From NCBI GenBank assembly GCA_964356915.1, contig CAYHJF010000003.1, positions 17,579 to 81,578 on the forward strand: a stretch of 64,000 nt of DNA, read 5' to 3'. The position numbers and the translations under genes are program-made. Origin of the DNA: an uncultured Candidatus Saccharibacteria bacterium. Lineage in GTDB: Bacteria; Patescibacteriota; Minisyncoccia; Ryanbacterales; GWA2-47-10b. How positions within the stretch are numbered: the stretch's first letter is position 1; the number at the start of each line of letters is the position of its first letter. Below are positions 48,635-57,817 of the stretch, in pieces. The notes under the pieces were generated by a model that was not told where the DNA came from, made no database searches, and saw only the letters and a list, made by a program, of their open reading frames with translations.

Positions 48635-50032
48635 GCCATTGGATGCGACCTATCTGATGCGCGGATCCAACACGTACTTAACGAAATTACGAGACTCAAA
48701 AGTCTCGCTCGTCCTGTTGTCTGCCTACCTGACCTACATATAAAAGATCGGACCGAAGCACCATCATCATTTGCAGCCGCCACCCGCGACACAATCGTGC
48801 CCGACCTGACAGCACCATCGGTTGGCTGTGGCATGGGGATTCTCACAACCTCTCTCACAAAAAAAGATCTCGACCATCAGGCATTCGAGCAATTTTACTA
48901 TTTCATGCGCCGCGATCTCGGACCACGATATGGCCATTTAAAAAATATTCTCTTATGGCTTGGTCTCATTGAACGACCAAAAAATACTTACGATCTTTCC
49001 GTTAAAGAATTCGAAGATCTGATCAAACGTGGCGCGCCAATGGCAGTTGAAAAATATAACTTGCCGCCCCAGACTCTCAACCATATTGAAAATCATGGTT
49101 CCGTATTTACTCACGATGAACTCGATTCGCTCAATCTCTCAGATATACTTCCGCGCATTTCGTACCGATCAGGTAGACACGATCTTGGATATGGATTCAA
49201 GGGCAATCATTTTCTTGAGATTCAATATATTGAAGATATTCTTGATGAAGAGGCTGCACAAAAATGGAATTTAAAAAAAGACCAAGTTGTCATCATGTAT
49301 CATGGCGGTGGAGGTGCGGTCTCTTATCATATAGGGAGATACTTTGCGAATCGTAAAAAAAATACCCTAAAGCAAAAGTTTGCCCTTTTTATACTAAAGG
49401 CACTCTTTCACTTTGGAGCACCTACAAAATGGAAATACGCCACGCAACGCTTTCGATATTATTTTTTTCCTCGTCCATTTACAGAAATACCGCTTTCCTC
49501 GCCTGAAGGTCAACGTCTTCTACGCGCAACAAAAGCATCACTAAACTATAGTTATGGGTTTCGTATGGCTATTACAAAACGTATTACTGATAGCCTTCGA
49601 GCGCTCTACCCAAAAAAAGACATCGAAACGGCGCTTCTCTGGGATTCATCACATAATACGGTCACTCGAGAGATTATTGGAGGTGAAGAACTTACCGTAC
49701 ACCGACACACTGCCAATCGAGTATTTGAGGGACAGCCCGTTATTATTTCCGGCTTTAATACAACAAACTCCTACCTTGCCATAGGACAGGCACAATCTGA
49801 AAATCACCTTTTTTCTGCCGACCACGGAGCGGGCACCGTCATCAAGCGTCTCAAAACGCATGAGCATCCTGAACGACTCGTTACTCATATCTACCAAACA
49901 AAATCTCCATTCAAACAGATCGTCACTCATCAAACGAATGAAGGGATTGATCATGTTACTAAAGAACTTACAAGCGCTAGCATCATTCGTCCTGTTATTC
50001 GATTACGTCCTCTCGCCGTATTCAAAGGATAA
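48593..50032 (+). CDS. RtcB-family protein (divergent, first of a tandem pair).
   Basis: It aligns to RtcB blocks: CLPDLHIKD (PDVH), IVPDLTAPSVGCGMG (GVDIGCGM, Asp to Ser), GNHFLEIQ, YHGGGGAVSYHIG (HSGSRGxG), DSSHNTV (HHN) and FSADHGAGT (SHGAGR, Arg to Thr). Confidence 0.7.
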   Translation: MKYTNATMDSRNIHAIGCDLSDARIQHVLNEITRLKSLARPVVCLPDLHIKDRTEAPSSFAAATRDTIVPDLTAPSVGCGMGILTTSLTKKDLDHQAFEQFYYFMRRDLGPRYGHLKNILLWLGLIERPKNTYDLSVKEFEDLIKRGAPMAVEKYNLPPQTLNHIENHGSVFTHDELDSLNLSDILPRISYRSGRHDLGYGFKGNHFLEIQYIEDILDEEAAQKWNLKKDQVVIMYHGGGGAVSYHIGRYFANRKKNTLKQKFALFILKALFHFGAPTKWKYATQRFRYYFFPRPFTEIPLSSPEGQRLLRATKASLNYSYGFRMAITKRITDSLRALYPKKDIETALLWDSSHNTVTREIIGGEELTVHRHTANRVFEGQPVIISGFNTTNSYLAIGQAQSENHLFSADHGAGTVIKRLKTHEHPERLVTHIYQTKSPFKQIVTHQTNEGIDHVTKELTSASIIRPVIRLRPLAVFKG

Positions 50033-50034
50033 TT

Positions 50035-51435
50035 ATGAAATTCTCTTGCGATAACATTCAAGAACCCTCCATTCGAAAAAAACTGGATCGTATTAATAAG
50101 ATTCAGAGTCTTGCCACACCTCCTCTCTGTCTACCAAACATTCACCCGAAGGAAAAACTAGAATCCCCTCCTCAATTTGTCGCATCCACAGATGGAACAA
50201 TCGTTCCGATGCTTTCTGCGCCAGCAATGAATTGTGGGATGAGCGTTTTCACTACAAGCCTCACAAAAAATGATTTCTCTCCTGAATTTCTTGAAACGTT
50301 TGCAAAAAATATACGTAAAGGTGCCGGACCACGCCGCACCTCAATCGAAGCTTTTCTTACATGGTTTGGATGGAAAGACACTCATCAGTCACGCTATGAT
50401 TTGAGCGTCTCAGAACTTGAAAATATATTTCTTTATGGAGCGCCCGCTGCAATTAAAAAATATAACCTTCCAGAGCAAGAACTCGAGCACATCGAATATG
50501 GAGGTTCCGTGCTCACCGAAAAAGAGCGTCACGCCATACAGCTGAATACTATTATCCCTCGCTCATCATATTCAAATGCACGTCATGAGATGGGATATAA
50601 CTTTGGAGGAAATCACTTCCTTGAATTTCATACGGTAGAACATATCGTTAACCCCCATAAAGCTCAGGCTCTTGGGCTTAAAGAAGGTCAACTACTCCTC
50701 TTTTATCATGGTGGAGGAGGGCATGCGACATATCACCTTGGACGATACTTCGCACGACGTAAAAAAAATACTCCTTTTCAAAAATTTGCGCTCTTTTGGC
50801 TCAAGGCACTTTTTCATTTTAGCTCTACAGAAGGACTGCAACGATTTCACCTTCGGTGGCGCTATTACTTTTCTCGAAAACCTTATCCGGAAATTCCACT
50901 CGACTCTCCCGAAGGACAACGACTCTGGCAATCAATCCAGCTCGCACTCAACTATGGTTATGCATTTCGAGTCGCCCTCTTAAGGCGCATCACTGATGCC
51001 CTCCCCCATGGTACCGTCTCATTTTTCTGGGACGCCGCTCATAATTCGATTCGCAAAGAACTGATTGATGGGCAAGAAATGATTGTACATCGCCAAGATG
51101 CTGTACGCGTTTTTCCAGACAAACCAATCATGATCACAGGACTCGCAACCACACTTGGCTGTATTGGCGTAGGACGCGAAGGTGCTCAACAAAGTATGTG
51201 GTCTGCGACTCCAAGCGCAACAAAAGTTATTGATGAATATATTCGAGCAGGACGTTCAATAAAAGAATTACCAACACGGGTCAGCTATATTTCAAAACGC
51301 AAAGAACCGAAACTTATCGTAAAAGAACATATGACGAGCGAAGGACTTTTTGACGTCGTTGAGAAACTCGAAAAAGAGAATATTATTGAAGCAGTAGCCT
51401 ATATACGCCCCCTTGGCGGCATTAAGGGTCATTAA
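50035..51435 (+). CDS. RtcB-family paralog, probably a pseudo-enzyme lacking the nucleophilic His.
   Basis: It has the same block structure (CLPNIHPKE, AMNCGMS, GNHFLEFH, YHGGGGHATYHLG, DAAHNSI), but the HGAG block is WSATPSAT, so His is replaced by Pro. Confidence 0.65.
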   Translation: MKFSCDNIQEPSIRKKLDRINKIQSLATPPLCLPNIHPKEKLESPPQFVASTDGTIVPMLSAPAMNCGMSVFTTSLTKNDFSPEFLETFAKNIRKGAGPRRTSIEAFLTWFGWKDTHQSRYDLSVSELENIFLYGAPAAIKKYNLPEQELEHIEYGGSVLTEKERHAIQLNTIIPRSSYSNARHEMGYNFGGNHFLEFHTVEHIVNPHKAQALGLKEGQLLLFYHGGGGHATYHLGRYFARRKKNTPFQKFALFWLKALFHFSSTEGLQRFHLRWRYYFSRKPYPEIPLDSPEGQRLWQSIQLALNYGYAFRVALLRRITDALPHGTVSFFWDAAHNSIRKELIDGQEMIVHRQDAVRVFPDKPIMITGLATTLGCIGVGREGAQQSMWSATPSATKVIDEYIRAGRSIKELPTRVSYISKRKEPKLIVKEHMTSEGLFDVVEKLEKENIIEAVAYIRPLGGIKGH

Positions 51436-51437
51436 TC

Positions 51438-52265
51438 ATGGAATCAATCTCTGAACTACGCAAACGTTTACAAGAAGAAAAAGTCCGACCATCTGGCTGG
51501 ACACGACCTTTTGGCTATACAACATTTCAACGAGGCCCCTCAATTTACATCACTCGCGTCCTACTAAAGACCCGTCTTACCCCAAATCATATTACTTTCG
51601 CATGTATCGTAAGTGGCATAATAGGAGCGCTTTTCATGCTTGGACTAGAAACTCCCTGGAAACTCCTTGGAATCATATTTCTCTACTTTAATATCATTCT
51701 TGATAAAGTAGACGGTGAACTCGCTCGCCATCATAATACATTCTCCCTTAAAGGAATTTATTGGGATGAGATTAATCATCTCATCATCCCACCTCTTTTT
51801 TGGATTTTTTCTGCCTACGGCATCCTACACATATCGGTCTTTCAACAAGGACTCTTCATGACTACTGCCGCGCTCGGAGCAATGGCACTTATGGTAAATC
51901 GCATTGTTCATAGTCTCGCGCCTCAAATTTACGCAAAAAAATACATGAAGCACCCGGAACATTTTCCATTTTCAGAAAAAAACATGCAAGACATTTCACT
52001 CTCACCACGTCATCGATTCTCTCTCCTTCGCCCAATCGGACACCTAATCCACCAACTGCAAGATTTTTTTATAATCATCTCACTTAGTAGCCTTGTACTT
52101 ATCTTTGAATACCTATTCAGACGAGACTACATATTTCATCCAATTTTTGGATGGTACATCGTCGGGATGAGCATACTATTCATTCTTTTTGCATGCGAAA
52201 ATATGTTACGCAAAGGAGCTCTCGTCACCCAACATATCGAAGATATTAACGCCTCCCGCAAATAA
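51438..52265 (+). CDS. CDP-alcohol phosphatidyltransferase family membrane protein.
   Basis: DKVDGELARHHNTFSLKGIYWDEINH fits D-x2-DG-x2-AR-x8-G-x3-D-x3-[DH]. About 6 TM helices. It lies 3 bp downstream of the RtcB pair. Confidence 0.7.
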   Translation: MESISELRKRLQEEKVRPSGWTRPFGYTTFQRGPSIYITRVLLKTRLTPNHITFACIVSGIIGALFMLGLETPWKLLGIIFLYFNIILDKVDGELARHHNTFSLKGIYWDEINHLIIPPLFWIFSAYGILHISVFQQGLFMTTAALGAMALMVNRIVHSLAPQIYAKKYMKHPEHFPFSEKNMQDISLSPRHRFSLLRPIGHLIHQLQDFFIIISLSSLVLIFEYLFRRDYIFHPIFGWYIVGMSILFILFACENMLRKGALVTQHIEDINASRK

Positions 52266-53310
52266 TTTCTTCAAACTGATGATTCACGATCTCAAGAGAG
52301 TACTGAGAAACCCATATCTTACCGCTCTCAGCCAATTGCTCTCGTAACTCTTGATCACCAAGTAACTTCCTAATGGCAGCAGCGAAAAGGTCTGGACTTT
52401 GCTCGAGAATAAACTCCTGCGCTTCTCGTGGCAGAATTTCACGTACACCCCCGACATCTGAAGCAACGATCGGAACGCCCAAAGCCATCGCCTCTAACAC
52501 CACGTGAGGAAACCCCTCTTCTTCTGAAGGCATAAAAAAAAGATCTGAGGCCGCAAAATACATAGGGACATCTTCATATGGAATCTCTCCAACCTCTCGT
52601 ATATTTTTTCCAACAAACGTATGCTCAAGAGGACCAGAACCTCCAATAATAAATTCTACTGATGAATCGTTAATAAACGTCTCGGCAGTTGGCGCAATCA
52701 TATGCGCACCTTTTCGCCTTGAAAGATGATGTAAAAAGAAAATGACCTTTTTTTCTTCATCAATATGAAGTCGCTCACGTGCCTCTTTTTTTCTACCACT
52801 CCACGCGGTAAATCGAGCGTGATCAATCCAATTTGGAAGAACTGCCACTCGACTAGGATTAAGCGCGTACTGCTTTATATATGAATACTTCATGCCTTCA
52901 GTCCCCGTAACAAGCGTAGATTTGCGAAGCGCAAAACGAAATACCCGTTCCTCAACCCATTGACGTCTATATAACCACGGCATACCACAATTCCAATAGA
53001 AACTACGTCCAAAAAGTGGAGCTAAAATCCCCCCGACAAAAGAATAATGCACCCAAAAAACTCTATACCCTCGAAGTCGCAACATAAAAAAACGAACAAA
53101 CATTTCAAGTATACGCAAAGGCAATGACCGAAACCACATAAGACGTGCCCCCGGAAAATCAATCGGGGCTTCACCTCGCTCAATAAGAAGCACCACGTCA
53201 TGGTGCTCACGTATTGATTTTATAAACTGATAATTATAATAAAAATGCGTCCCAATATTTCGACGGTACTCTGGCAATATATATACAATTTTCATACGTT
53301 CCTCGTACAT
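52246..53310 (-). CDS. GT4 (GT-B) glycosyltransferase.
   Basis: MPSEEEGFPHVVLEAMALGVPIVASDVGGVREIL. Confidence 0.75.
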   Translation of the reverse strand: MYEERMKIVYILPEYRRNIGTHFYYNYQFIKSIREHHDVVLLIERGEAPIDFPGARLMWFRSLPLRILEMFVRFFMLRLRGYRVFWVHYSFVGGILAPLFGRSFYWNCGMPWLYRRQWVEERVFRFALRKSTLVTGTEGMKYSYIKQYALNPSRVAVLPNWIDHARFTAWSGRKKEARERLHIDEEKKVIFFLHHLSRRKGAHMIAPTAETFINDSSVEFIIGGSGPLEHTFVGKNIREVGEIPYEDVPMYFAASDLFFMPSEEEGFPHVVLEAMALGVPIVASDVGGVREILPREAQEFILEQSPDLFAAAIRKLLGDQELREQLAESGKIWVSQYSLEIVNHQFEEIICGRR

Positions 53311-54380
53311 CTCACCAATAAATCTTTAAACATTAAGAGGTACTCTTCCTGTGTGGATAACGTCTGAGCTTTTTTATATGCTTCTGTTCCAATACCCCAT
53401 CGTATACTAAAATCTTTTCGTACACGTAAAAGCTCTCGCAAAAAATTACCCTCGTCCCCCACCTCAACAACAAGACCTGAAATATTATCCTTGAGGAGCT
53501 CGCCCACAACTCCGACATCGGTCGTCACAATCGGCATACCAGAGGCCATGGCCTGCACTAAACTCAAACCATATCCCTCATACCACGAGGCGGATACAAA
53601 GCAATGATCTGAGGCAAAAAAACGCACCGGATCATCAATCCAACCTTCAAATTGTACGTGGGTACCAAGCTTTTGTATGCGGACATAATCCTCAAGCATC
53701 GCGCGTTCTGGCCCATCTCCCACAATACGCAACAACGTTCTTGGATAATCTTTCAGTATCCTTTCAAAGGCTCTAATGATCATCAAGATATTTTTTTCCT
53801 GAGAAAGTCGAGAAGCCACAAGAAACACAAACTCTCCGACCGGATCTTCGTACGATCGATGAGCTCCAACCTCATAATAACTCCCTAACTCGACTGTAAT
53901 CGGTAATATATCAACGGGTCGACGAGTATGGATAGTGCGCTTGATGCGCTCACTCACAACACGAATACGTGAGGCACGCTTAAGAAGCATTTGAGCAATA
54001 CGTACGCGGATAGCCTGCTTCCACGACTCTTTTCTCAAATAAGGATTTAAAATATCCGTATGTACCTGATACTGCCATGGAATATTAAACCGCCACGATA
54101 AAAAGAGTGCCGCAAGCCCCGTAATCTCTTCTTGCGCCGTAATCACCCATGAGTCCTCCGGCAACTTCTTTCGTAATATCCGAGCTCCAGTAAAATAAAA
54201 ACCGATGGCTCCTCGTGACCACGCGGGCACACCAACTAACGTGCCTTCTTCGAATTTTTCTCTTCCCTCTGCAACAATGACCAAACGAGAAAATAAACGC
54301 GCATACTCCCGCGCGCGCAAACGAAATGCCGATTCTTCTCGGAATAATGCTGAATCACGACTGAGCATTAAGACATTCAT
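53292..54380 (-). CDS. GT4 (GT-B) glycosyltransferase.
   Basis: SASWYEGYGLSLVQAMASGMPIVTTDVGVVGELL. Confidence 0.7.
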   Translation of the reverse strand: MNVLMLSRDSALFREESAFRLRAREYARLFSRLVIVAEGREKFEEGTLVGVPAWSRGAIGFYFTGARILRKKLPEDSWVITAQEEITGLAALFLSWRFNIPWQYQVHTDILNPYLRKESWKQAIRVRIAQMLLKRASRIRVVSERIKRTIHTRRPVDILPITVELGSYYEVGAHRSYEDPVGEFVFLVASRLSQEKNILMIIRAFERILKDYPRTLLRIVGDGPERAMLEDYVRIQKLGTHVQFEGWIDDPVRFFASDHCFVSASWYEGYGLSLVQAMASGMPIVTTDVGVVGELLKDNISGLVVEVGDEGNFLRELLRVRKDFSIRWGIGTEAYKKAQTLSTQEEYLLMFKDLLVRCTRNV

Positions 54381-55492
54381 GAATAAACCTGATTAAAAAT
54401 CTCCATCGTCTCATCAACCATGCGAGAAACTGTGTATTTTGAAGAATCGATTCGAGCATTCTTTGATAACGTATCTCCCAACGACTCATCCTTTATAAGT
54501 CGCTCAACTGCCTCCGCTAAGGCGCGCTCGTCATCATATTCTATATTAAGTGCATTCTGCTCATGGCGCACAATCTCTCTATTGCCACCCGCACTCGTCG
54601 TAATCACCGGTACACCTGCGGCCATCACCTCAAGAAGTTGGTGAGAGAATCCCTCGTATGCGGTATTCAAAACAAAAATATCTGCAGCGGCAAAATACTC
54701 CGCAAGCGTTTTTTTATCACTCGCGCCTATAAAATGAACGGGCACACCTACTGCCTCTTTTTCAAGAGACGTTCGCTCTGGCCCATCTCCTACAATAACA
54801 ACTGTTACATTTTTAAGCGCTCGTGCTGCACGTATCAACGTATGAAACCCCTTCCACCATACAAGACGCCCCACGGAGAGAATAACATTACCATGTAACA
54901 CAAATTTTGAACGTGCATCCTCGCGCGACGCGCTCACGAAAGGTTCAACACCATTTGGTACAACAACGATTTGATCTTCATGAATACCCCACCGAATAAC
55001 GATGGACCTTAAATACTGCGACGGAACAATAACAATACGTGCGCGTGACGCAACCCACCGCTCAATAGCCCGTAGTATACTTACACGAAATCCGTATGAC
55101 CTTGTTAAAAAATCATCAAGCAAATCCCTCGTGCCACTCTGCTCCCATGCATAATCCCCTACTATTTTTAGTAGAAAAGGCTTGCGAAGAATAAACGCCG
55201 CGAGTGCTGCTGGCAATCCTGCACTCACCGGATCTTGTGCGTAAATTATGTCGGCATCTCGTGCACACCGAATCACCGCTCGCGCATAACGAAAATATTG
55301 TACACTCTTAAATCTATTTCGAGTAACAATAAAAAATGGTACGCCACGATCTTGCAATGTTTGTTTATCACCATACGTCACAACTCGGACCATTACACCT
55401 CGCCGCGTAAGCTCCCGAACCATTGTAGCTGTATATGTGGCAGGACCACCGATCGCAGGAGGATACATCCCTGTTGCAAATACAACTTTCAT
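54377..55492 (-). CDS. GT4 (GT-B) glycosyltransferase.
   Basis: NTAYEGFSHQLLEVMAAGVPVITTSAGGNREIV. Confidence 0.75.
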   Translation of the reverse strand: MKVVFATGMYPPAIGGPATYTATMVRELTRRGVMVRVVTYGDKQTLQDRGVPFFIVTRNRFKSVQYFRYARAVIRCARDADIIYAQDPVSAGLPAALAAFILRKPFLLKIVGDYAWEQSGTRDLLDDFLTRSYGFRVSILRAIERWVASRARIVIVPSQYLRSIVIRWGIHEDQIVVVPNGVEPFVSASREDARSKFVLHGNVILSVGRLVWWKGFHTLIRAARALKNVTVVIVGDGPERTSLEKEAVGVPVHFIGASDKKTLAEYFAAADIFVLNTAYEGFSHQLLEVMAAGVPVITTSAGGNREIVRHEQNALNIEYDDERALAEAVERLIKDESLGDTLSKNARIDSSKYTVSRMVDETMEIFNQVYS

Positions 55493-56667
55493 AGAAGTGC
55501 TCGCTCAAAAACCATCTTCATCTGTTGCGCTATATCAATCCATAAATACTGGGTCACTACGAGTTCTCGAGCACGCGTTTGTATGCGAGCCTTCAGCGCA
55601 TCATCTTCAAGAATCTGAATAATACCTGCTGCAATATTATTTACATCGCGTGGGCGTACGACAACGCCCGTCTCTCCATCACGTAAAAAATCTTTAATTC
55701 CACCCACAGACGTCGCAACGACTGGCACTCCAACACCCATCGCCTCTAAAAATGCGCTCCCTAAACCCTCTGAAAGTGATGGCCGAACAAATATATCTGC
55801 GATCCGATAGTAATCAAGAATACGATCATGGTCGACTGTACCGGCAAAAATAATGGAATCCGCACACTCAAGATCGCGAGCAAGCGCTCGAAGTAATCCT
55901 CGCTCCGGCCCATCACCAACAAGTACAAGCTTTACCTGTATTCCTTTTTGTCGCACAAGTGCATGAGCTCGGAGCAGATCCGTTAAACCATTTTTTTCAA
56001 CAAGCCTTGAGACTGAAAGAACTATACGATCTTCACTACTAATACCATGGAGCTCCCTAAGCTCTGTTTCATCTCTCTGCTCCATCGCTTCAGAAACAAA
56101 ATGCTCATCAACTCCGTTTGGGATAAGAGTGATCAGCCCATGAAACCCAGCATGCTTTGCACGATCTGTAAGATACGAACTAATTACGACCACCTCGTCA
56201 GCAATTCCAAGAACGCGCTTCCACCAATACGAGATCAAACCTCCTCGACCGTACTCTATATAGTTTTCTGAATCTCCCTCTTGAAGAGTGACAACGAACG
56301 ATAACGCTGGGTATCGTCGTTTTAATATATACGCTCCGATCGTACCTTGAGAAATCATCATCCCCCATAAAACTGCATGACTTGGGATACGACGTATGGA
56401 AATATACAAAGGTAACATCCATCGATCCCACGAGAACCCAAGTCCCAAACGATGAATTTCGATATTATCACTCACCTCTCGAGCAGGTACCGATCGTGAC
56501 TGACGCGCCGTTAATACTAAAAAACGCATCGTTGGAATGCGTTTGGCAATATGATAAATAGCAAGCTCCGCGCCTCCGACCATCGGTAGATACGAAGTAG
56601 TGCATACGATCACGAGCGGCGTTTGCTGCGATTGCATTGATGGCTTATTATAAAATAAATGGCCCAA
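55489..56667 (-). CDS. GT4 (GT-B) glycosyltransferase.
   Basis: PSLSEGLGSAFLEAMGVGVPVVATSVGGIKDFL. The true start may be the MQSQQ at 56637. Confidence 0.75.
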   Translation of the reverse strand: MGHLFYNKPSMQSQQTPLVIVCTTSYLPMVGGAELAIYHIAKRIPTMRFLVLTARQSRSVPAREVSDNIEIHRLGLGFSWDRWMLPLYISIRRIPSHAVLWGMMISQGTIGAYILKRRYPALSFVVTLQEGDSENYIEYGRGGLISYWWKRVLGIADEVVVISSYLTDRAKHAGFHGLITLIPNGVDEHFVSEAMEQRDETELRELHGISSEDRIVLSVSRLVEKNGLTDLLRAHALVRQKGIQVKLVLVGDGPERGLLRALARDLECADSIIFAGTVDHDRILDYYRIADIFVRPSLSEGLGSAFLEAMGVGVPVVATSVGGIKDFLRDGETGVVVRPRDVNNIAAGIIQILEDDALKARIQTRARELVVTQYLWIDIAQQMKMVFERALL

Positions 56668-57813
56668 ATCGACAAGAAAAAAATCCTTTATTTTTCAACA
56701 AAATCCGTATATGGTGGCGCTCAGCGGTACATCCTCGACCTTATCGACTACCTTCCTAAAGATCACTATGAAATCCATGTTGCTGCAGGAGGGAAAGGAC
56801 AACTTGCAACCGCAGTTATAGAACGTAACGTCCCCTACCATGAGTTACAAGGCCTTGAGCGCGACGTAAACCCTCTGATGGACATTAGGTCCTTAATTCA
56901 TATATGGAGGCTTATACGCAAAATTCGACCAGATATCATTCATCTTAATGGATCTAAAGTAAGTGTACTTGGGGCAATTTCGGGACGCATTGCGGGAGTA
57001 CCTCATATCGTATCAAGTACTCATGGGTGGCCCTTTCTGGAAGAACGCCCTCGGTGGCAACGCAAGCTTATTAAATTGATCGCAAAAATTGCTAGCTGGT
57101 TCCAAGATACAATCATCTGCGTTTCGGAACTTGATTACATGATCGGCATTCGCGAGCATGTCGCAAACCAAAAAAAATTACAACAAATCCATAACGGCGT
57201 AGACCCAAGAAAACATATTTTTCTTGATCGCAGTGACGCGCGCGAACGCCTACTAAAACGTCAGCATATTCCTCGCCAAGACTATATAATCACGGGCACC
57301 CTCGGAGAATATACAAAAAATAAAGGCCTTCACTATCTCATTGAAGCGGCACGTCATATCGTCGATATCCAACCGAACATCCTCTTCCTTCTGATGGGAT
57401 GGGGGGAAGAAAAAGAATACCTTCTCGAACGTATTGCGGCTTATCGTCTTGAGAATCAAGTAATTATTGTCGATGCGCTTCCAGAAGCATTCACCTACCT
57501 CAAGGCCTTTGATATATTTATTCATCCCTCCGTAAAAGAAGGTTTCTCTTACGTTCTTCTGGAAGCATCTTTGGCAGAACTACCTATCATTACTACTCAA
57601 GTTGGCGGGAATCCTGAAATTATCGAGAATTTTAAAACTGGACTCCTTATACAACCGCGCTCTCCTCAAGAAATTATTAGTTCAGTCTCTCATCTTATTA
57701 AAAATCCTGACGACCGCCAATCGCTTGGCAAGGCGGCACGCACCAAAGTACTCAAAGATTTTTCCATTCAAGCAATGGTTGACGCAACAGAGCGCGCATA
57801 CGAACGCTCTTAG
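56659..57813 (+). CDS. GT4 (GT-B) glycosyltransferase.
   Basis: PSVKEGFSYVLLEASLAELPIITTQVGGNPEII. Confidence 0.75.
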   Translation: MAQIDKKKILYFSTKSVYGGAQRYILDLIDYLPKDHYEIHVAAGGKGQLATAVIERNVPYHELQGLERDVNPLMDIRSLIHIWRLIRKIRPDIIHLNGSKVSVLGAISGRIAGVPHIVSSTHGWPFLEERPRWQRKLIKLIAKIASWFQDTIICVSELDYMIGIREHVANQKKLQQIHNGVDPRKHIFLDRSDARERLLKRQHIPRQDYIITGTLGEYTKNKGLHYLIEAARHIVDIQPNILFLLMGWGEEKEYLLERIAAYRLENQVIIVDALPEAFTYLKAFDIFIHPSVKEGFSYVLLEASLAELPIITTQVGGNPEIIENFKTGLLIQPRSPQEIISSVSHLIKNPDDRQSLGKAARTKVLKDFSIQAMVDATERAYERS

Positions 57814-57817
57814 TACA

